Assembly (NCBI GenBank): GCA_038208655.1
Contig: JBBQYN010000001.1
Coordinates: forward strand, 1-45,485
Reading direction: 5' to 3'
From: Actinomycetales bacterium
GTDB lineage: Bacteria; Actinomycetota; Actinomycetes; Actinomycetales; Microbacteriaceae
DNA: 45,485 nt
This document shows, piece after piece, positions 41,201 to 45,485 of the stretch; position 1 is the stretch's first letter, and the number at the start of each line of letters is the position of its first letter. A program made the translations under genes and the position numbers. The notes beneath the pieces were generated by a model that saw only the letters and a program-made list of their open reading frames with translations, was not told the origin of the DNA and did not search any database.

Positions 41201-42442
41201 GTGAGGCTCTTGACTACGACAGATCAGCAACCATGGGGTCGCGTAGACGAATCCGGCACGGTTTACGTGCGCGAAGCGTCGGGCGAACGCGCCGTGGGTC
41301 AGTACCCGGATGCGACGCCGGAAGAGGCCCTGGCCTACTTTGAACGCAAATACACCGAGCTCAACGGGCAGGTCACCCTGCTGGAGCAGCGTGCCAAGGG
41401 TGGTGCCCCGGCGGCGGACGTCGCCAAGGCCGTCGCCAACCTGACCGCGACAGTCGCCACCGCGAACGCGGTCGGCAACCTTGCGGCGCTGGCGGAACGC
41501 CTCGGCGCGCTGGGCGGAACGGTCAGCGACCTGACCGAGCAGCAGGGCCAGGAAGCGAAGGCCGCCGCGGCGGCCGCGGTCGCCGAACGTGCCGCGATCG
41601 TTGAGGAGGCTGAACGTCTCGCCGCCGAGGACCCCGCCAAGACGCAGTGGAAGCAGACCAGCGCTGCCCTGGATGCGCTCTTCGCCAAGTGGCAGGCACA
41701 CCAGCACGACGCTCCGCGCATCCCGAAGGGTGATGCCAACGAACTCTGGAAGCGTTTTCGGGCAGCCCGCACCATCATCGAGCAGAACCGTAAAGCGTTC
41801 TTCGCTGAGCTGGACAGCGCCCACAAGGATGTGCGCACCCGCAAGCAGCACATCATCGAACAGGCCGAAGCGCTGGCCGCGAAGGGTGCCGACGGCATTC
41901 CCGCGTACCGCAACCTGCTGGAAGAGTGGAAGCTGGCCGGCCGATCAGGCAAGAAGCAGGACGACGCCATGTGGGCCAAGTTCAAGGCTGCCGGCGACGT
42001 GCTCTACTCGGCCAAGTCCGAGGTCGACGCCGTCGACGACGTGGAGTTCACCGCGAACCTCGCGTTGAAGCTGGACCTGCTCACCGAGGCCGAGACGCTC
42101 CTCGGCGCGACAGACCGGGTCAAGGCCCGCGAGACGCTCACGTCGATCCAGCGCCGCTGGGACGCCATCGGCAAGGTCCCGCGCGATCAGGTCAAACCGG
42201 TCGACGAGCGGCTGCGCAAGGTTGAGGCCGTCGTGCGCAAGCTGGACGACGACCACTGGGTTCGCAACAACCCCGAGACCAAGGCCCGCACCGAGGGGCT
42301 CGCCGGCCAGCTCAACGATGCGATCGTGAAGCTTGAGGCGGCCGTCGCCGCCGCCGAGGCAGGCAACGACCCTGCCGCGGTCAAGGAAGCATCCGAAGCG
42401 CTCGAGGCCCGTAAGACCTGGCTGAAGGCCATCGGCCAGTAA
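41201..42442 (+). CDS. DUF349 domain-containing helical protein
   Basis: PWGRVDE.GTVYV....ER.VG, repeated W...P..P.....LW.RF units; conserved actinobacterial neighbour of rel/ppiB. Exact start uncertain. Confidence 0.9.
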   Translation: MRLLTTTDQQPWGRVDESGTVYVREASGERAVGQYPDATPEEALAYFERKYTELNGQVTLLEQRAKGGAPAADVAKAVANLTATVATANAVGNLAALAERLGALGGTVSDLTEQQGQEAKAAAAAAVAERAAIVEEAERLAAEDPAKTQWKQTSAALDALFAKWQAHQHDAPRIPKGDANELWKRFRAARTIIEQNRKAFFAELDSAHKDVRTRKQHIIEQAEALAAKGADGIPAYRNLLEEWKLAGRSGKKQDDAMWAKFKAAGDVLYSAKSEVDAVDDVEFTANLALKLDLLTEAETLLGATDRVKARETLTSIQRRWDAIGKVPRDQVKPVDERLRKVEAVVRKLDDDHWVRNNPETKARTEGLAGQLNDAIVKLEAAVAAAEAGNDPAAVKEASEALEARKTWLKAIGQ

Positions 42443-42506
42443 ATCAGCCGGAGGGCGGCACGACCGAGCCGCCAGCCACGCACATGGCCGCACACACTCG
42501 TGTACA

Positions 42507-42555
42507 CAGGGGCCCCACCCGATAGTTCTGCACAGATCATCGGATGGGGCCCCTG
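42507..42555 (+). terminator. Long imperfect stem-loop between DUF349 and AbiEi-like gene
   Basis: caggggcccca-c-ccgat ... atcgg-a-tggggcccctg (11+5 bp). Confidence 0.6.
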
Positions 42556-42584
42556 GTGTGTCCCCGGAGAGGCATTCTGGGTTC

Positions 42585-43157
42585 ATGACCTCACGACTTG
42601 CGACACTCCTGACCCTGGCCGACTTCAGCATCGCCGAGCTGTGCAGCGCCCGGCTCGACGGCGAGGTTTTCATGATCGGCGATTCCTGGTGCCCGATCGA
42701 CGAGATCGACGACTCCGAGAATCGGGCCAGAGCGCTCGCACTGCTCGGGTCACCACGCCTGATCATCGAACGCAGCAGTGCCGCGTGGGTATACGGCGAC
42801 GCCCCGGAACCGATGGTGCATGAGTTTTGTCTGAACGCCCGCACCCGCTCACGGCTGGGTGACTCCCCCCGGGTACGCATCCGTCAGGGCCACTGCGCCG
42901 ACGCACGCACCCAGCCGTTCGGCGGGGTGGCGGTCACGCGGCCGGTCTACACCGCGGTCGACCTGGCCCGCTTCAGCGATCAGCCCACACAGCAGCTGCT
43001 GCCGGTGCTGGCACGCCTGTTGCGGCGCTCCGGTCCCGACGCGCTCACCCTGGCCCGCCGGGACTGCCACAGCCCGACCGGGCCCACGACCGCGCTCGCG
43101 CTCGCCCGTCTCACCGAGGCGGCCGATCTGCCCGATCAGCCGTCGCTGACCCGATAG
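42585..43157 (+). CDS. AbiEi-like (type IV TA antitoxin-like) hypothetical protein
   Basis: AEL..ARLDGE, ERSSAAWVYG, VT.P..TAVDLAR motifs of actinobacterial AbiEi-like proteins; ATG 42585 preceded by CATTCT-N6. Confidence 0.7.
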   Translation: MTSRLATLLTLADFSIAELCSARLDGEVFMIGDSWCPIDEIDDSENRARALALLGSPRLIIERSSAAWVYGDAPEPMVHEFCLNARTRSRLGDSPRVRIRQGHCADARTQPFGGVAVTRPVYTAVDLARFSDQPTQQLLPVLARLLRRSGPDALTLARRDCHSPTGPTTALALARLTEAADLPDQPSLTR

Positions 43158-45391
43158 ACGTCGTAGACCGTGTCGATGCGGCGCACCGCGTTGAGAATAC
43201 GATCCAGGTGTGTGGCGTCACCCATCTCGAAGACGAACCGGCTAAGAGCCAGACGGTCGCTGGAGGTGTTGACGGTCGCCGAAAGAATGTTGACGTGATG
43301 CTCCGACAGCACCCGGGTGACGTCGGACAGCAGCCCGGACCGGTCCAGGGCTTCAATCTGGATGTGCACCAGAAACAGGCTCTTCGAGGTGGGTGCCCAC
43401 TCGACCTCGATCATGCGTTCGGGCTCCTTGAGGAGCGAGGACACGTTGTGACAGGCCGACTGGTGCACGGACACCCCGGCACCCCGCGTCACGAAACCCA
43501 CGATCTTGTCGCCGGGCACGGGCGTGCAGCAACGTGCCAGCTTCACCAGGATGTCGGGTGCACCCCGCACGAGCACGCCGGAGTCGCTGTTGCGCAGGGT
43601 CTGGGTCTGCCCGCGCGGCGCGACGGGCAGGTCCGTGCTGTCACTTTCTTCGATGCTCTGCACCGATGAGACCACTTTTTCCAAGACGGACTGGGTGGAG
43701 ACGTGACCTTCGCCGACAGCCGCGTAGAGCGCGGACACGTCTTCGTAGCGCAGCAGGGCGGCGACTTCAGCGAAGGAGTCCTGGTTCATCAGTTTCTGCA
43801 GGGGCAGGTTCTGCTTGCGCATGGCCCGCGCGATGGCGTCACGGCCCTGCTCGATGGCTTCGTCGCGGCGTTCCTTGGTGAACCACTGCCGGATCTTGTT
43901 GCGGGCACGGGGGCTGCGCACGAAGTTCAGCCAGTCCTTGCTGGGCCCGGAGTCCGGGTTCTTTGACGTGAACACCTCCACGACGTCCCCGGTGCTGAGG
44001 GTGCTTTCCAGGGGAACCAGCCGGCCGTTCACCTTGGAGCCCATCGTGCGGTGGCCGACCTCGGTGTGCACGGCATAGGCGAAGTCGACCGGTGTCGCTC
44101 CGGCGGGCAGCCCGATCACCCGGCCCTTCGGAGTGAAGACGTAGACCTCTTTGGCACCGATCTCGTACCGGAGTGAGTCGAGGAACTCCCCCGGATCGGC
44201 GGTTTCAGCCTGCCAGTCCGAAATATGCGCGAGCCAGGCCATGTCGGTGTCGCTCTGCGGTCCCGGTCCACCGGGACTTTTGCCGTTGACCTGTTCCTTG
44301 TACTTCCAGTGCGCGGCCACCCCGAACTCGGCCCGCTGGTGCATTTCCTGGGTGCGGATCTGAATCTCCACGGGTCGGCCCTGCGGGCCCATCACCGTGG
44401 TGTGCAACGACTGGTACAGGTTGAACTTGGGTGTGGCGATGTAGTCCTTGAAGCGGCCCGGCAGCGGGGTCCACCGGGCGTGGATCGAGCCCAGCACCGC
44501 GTAGCAGTCCCGCACCGAGTTCACAAGCACGCGGATTCCGACGAGGTCGTAGATCTCCTCGAATTCCCGACCGCGCACGACCATCTTCTGGTAAATCGAG
44601 TAGTACTGCTTGGGTCGTCCGGCTACTTTTCCACGAATACGCGACGATTTCAGGTCATCGTTGATCGTGTCGATAATGTTCTGCACGAATTCTTCGCGCT
44701 GCGGGGTGCGCTGTTTGACGAGGCTTTCGATTTCGGCGTACAGCTTGGGGTACAGCACCGCGAAGGACAGGTCCTCGAGCTCCCACTTGATCGTCTGGAT
44801 GCCGAGCCGATGTGCGAGCGGCGCATAGATCTCAAGGGTCTCGGTGGCCTTGCGGGCGGCCGATTCGCTCGGAACAAAACCCCAGGTGCGGGCGTTGTGC
44901 AGCCGGTCGGCGAGTTTGATGATGAGCACCCGGATGTCTTTGCTCATCGCGACGATCATTTTGCGCACGGTCTCGGCCTGGGTACTGTCGCCGTATTTGA
45001 CCTTGTCGAGTTTGGTCACGCCGTCCACGAGCATGGTGATCTCGTCACCGAAATCGGCCCGCAACTGGTCCAGTGTGTACGTCGTGTCTTCGACGGTGTC
45101 GTGCAGCAACGCCGCCGACACGGTTTTGGTACCTATCCCCAGGTCGGCCAGAATCTGGGCAACGGCGACAGGGTGGGTGATGTACGGCTCACCGCTGCGG
45201 CGCATCTGACCGTCGTGGGCACGCTCGGCGATCGTATAGGCGCGTTCAATGATCGACAGATCGGCCTTGGGGTGGTGCAGCCGTACCGTCTTGATGAGCG
45301 TGTCAACCGCGCCGGCGGGCTGGGCCCGCGAGAAAATCCGCGGTACCAGGCGGCGCAGGGATGCCGCGGACGGCGTCGTTGTGTCGGTCAT
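43136..45391 (-). CDS. rel: Bifunctional (p)ppGpp synthetase/hydrolase Rel
   Basis: HD hydrolase (R.SGEPYITHP, LLHDTVED, KLADRLHN), synthetase (RFKDYIA.PK.N.YQSLHT, EIQIRT, AAHW.YK), TGS, CC zinc finger, ACT; SD GAAAGAGG. Confidence 0.99.
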   Translation of the reverse strand: MTDTTTPSAASLRRLVPRIFSRAQPAGAVDTLIKTVRLHHPKADLSIIERAYTIAERAHDGQMRRSGEPYITHPVAVAQILADLGIGTKTVSAALLHDTVEDTTYTLDQLRADFGDEITMLVDGVTKLDKVKYGDSTQAETVRKMIVAMSKDIRVLIIKLADRLHNARTWGFVPSESAARKATETLEIYAPLAHRLGIQTIKWELEDLSFAVLYPKLYAEIESLVKQRTPQREEFVQNIIDTINDDLKSSRIRGKVAGRPKQYYSIYQKMVVRGREFEEIYDLVGIRVLVNSVRDCYAVLGSIHARWTPLPGRFKDYIATPKFNLYQSLHTTVMGPQGRPVEIQIRTQEMHQRAEFGVAAHWKYKEQVNGKSPGGPGPQSDTDMAWLAHISDWQAETADPGEFLDSLRYEIGAKEVYVFTPKGRVIGLPAGATPVDFAYAVHTEVGHRTMGSKVNGRLVPLESTLSTGDVVEVFTSKNPDSGPSKDWLNFVRSPRARNKIRQWFTKERRDEAIEQGRDAIARAMRKQNLPLQKLMNQDSFAEVAALLRYEDVSALYAAVGEGHVSTQSVLEKVVSSVQSIEESDSTDLPVAPRGQTQTLRNSDSGVLVRGAPDILVKLARCCTPVPGDKIVGFVTRGAGVSVHQSACHNVSSLLKEPERMIEVEWAPTSKSLFLVHIQIEALDRSGLLSDVTRVLSEHHVNILSATVNTSSDRLALSRFVFEMGDATHLDRILNAVRRIDTVYDVYRVSDG

Positions 45392-45417
45392 CGCGAACCT
45401 CTTTCCCTGTAGGCCTA

Positions 45418-45423
45418 ATTATG
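45418..45423 (-). promoter_or_regulatory. Putative -10 element (CATAAT) of rel
   Basis: CATAAT 26 nt upstream of the ATG in an AT-rich patch. Confidence 0.5.
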
Positions 45424-45485
45424 CCTGTTTCGAGGTCGTCCCCGTGCACGTCAAACCGCGGCGTTTTCCCGCTTCTCGGCCGCGG

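Noticed and set aside
42557-42578. PafBC/RecA-NDp-type promoter upstream of the AbiEi-like gene
   Set aside because: TGTGTC-N10-CATTCT is a poor match to TGTCGG-N10-TANNNT.

Overview
High-GC actinobacterial core-chromosome segment; gene order and protein sequences suggest Microbacteriaceae (inference). Most genes lie on the minus strand. In transcription order they are rel, rarA, rpsD, DUF948 + small membrane protein, alaS-ruvX-mltG-aroE-aroC-aroK-aroB, a hypothetical protein, aroQ, efp-nusB-(DUF4190/DsbA), pyrR-pyrB-pyrC-membrane protein-carA-carB-pyrF-(mIHF/gmk)-rpoZ-coaBC, metK-priA-fmt-rsmB, rpe, hisE-hisG-hisF-hisI-trpE (trpE truncated by the window edge). Two plus-strand blocks interrupt this. 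One is a GAF regulator + aldehyde dehydrogenase + DUF779 cassette between aroB and aroQ; the other is cyclophilin + DUF349 + orphan AbiEi-like gene between rarA and rel. I saw no rRNA, tRNA, CRISPR array, transposase or prophage. Most notable: (1) an in-frame fusion of the nucleoid protein mIHF/sIHF to guanylate kinase; (2) a probable catalytically dead RadC/JAB-like small protein with a perfect DnaA box upstream, and a near-identical 12-mer upstream of the AbiEi-like gene; (3) a PyrR-binding RNA hairpin abutting the pyrR ribosome-binding site; (4) a CGCAAC direct-repeat operator candidate at the ALDH promoter; (5) six apparent leaderless promoters with an identical 6-nt spacer; (6) a structured ~170-nt rpsD leader. 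All family calls come from motif recognition by eye, not database searches.
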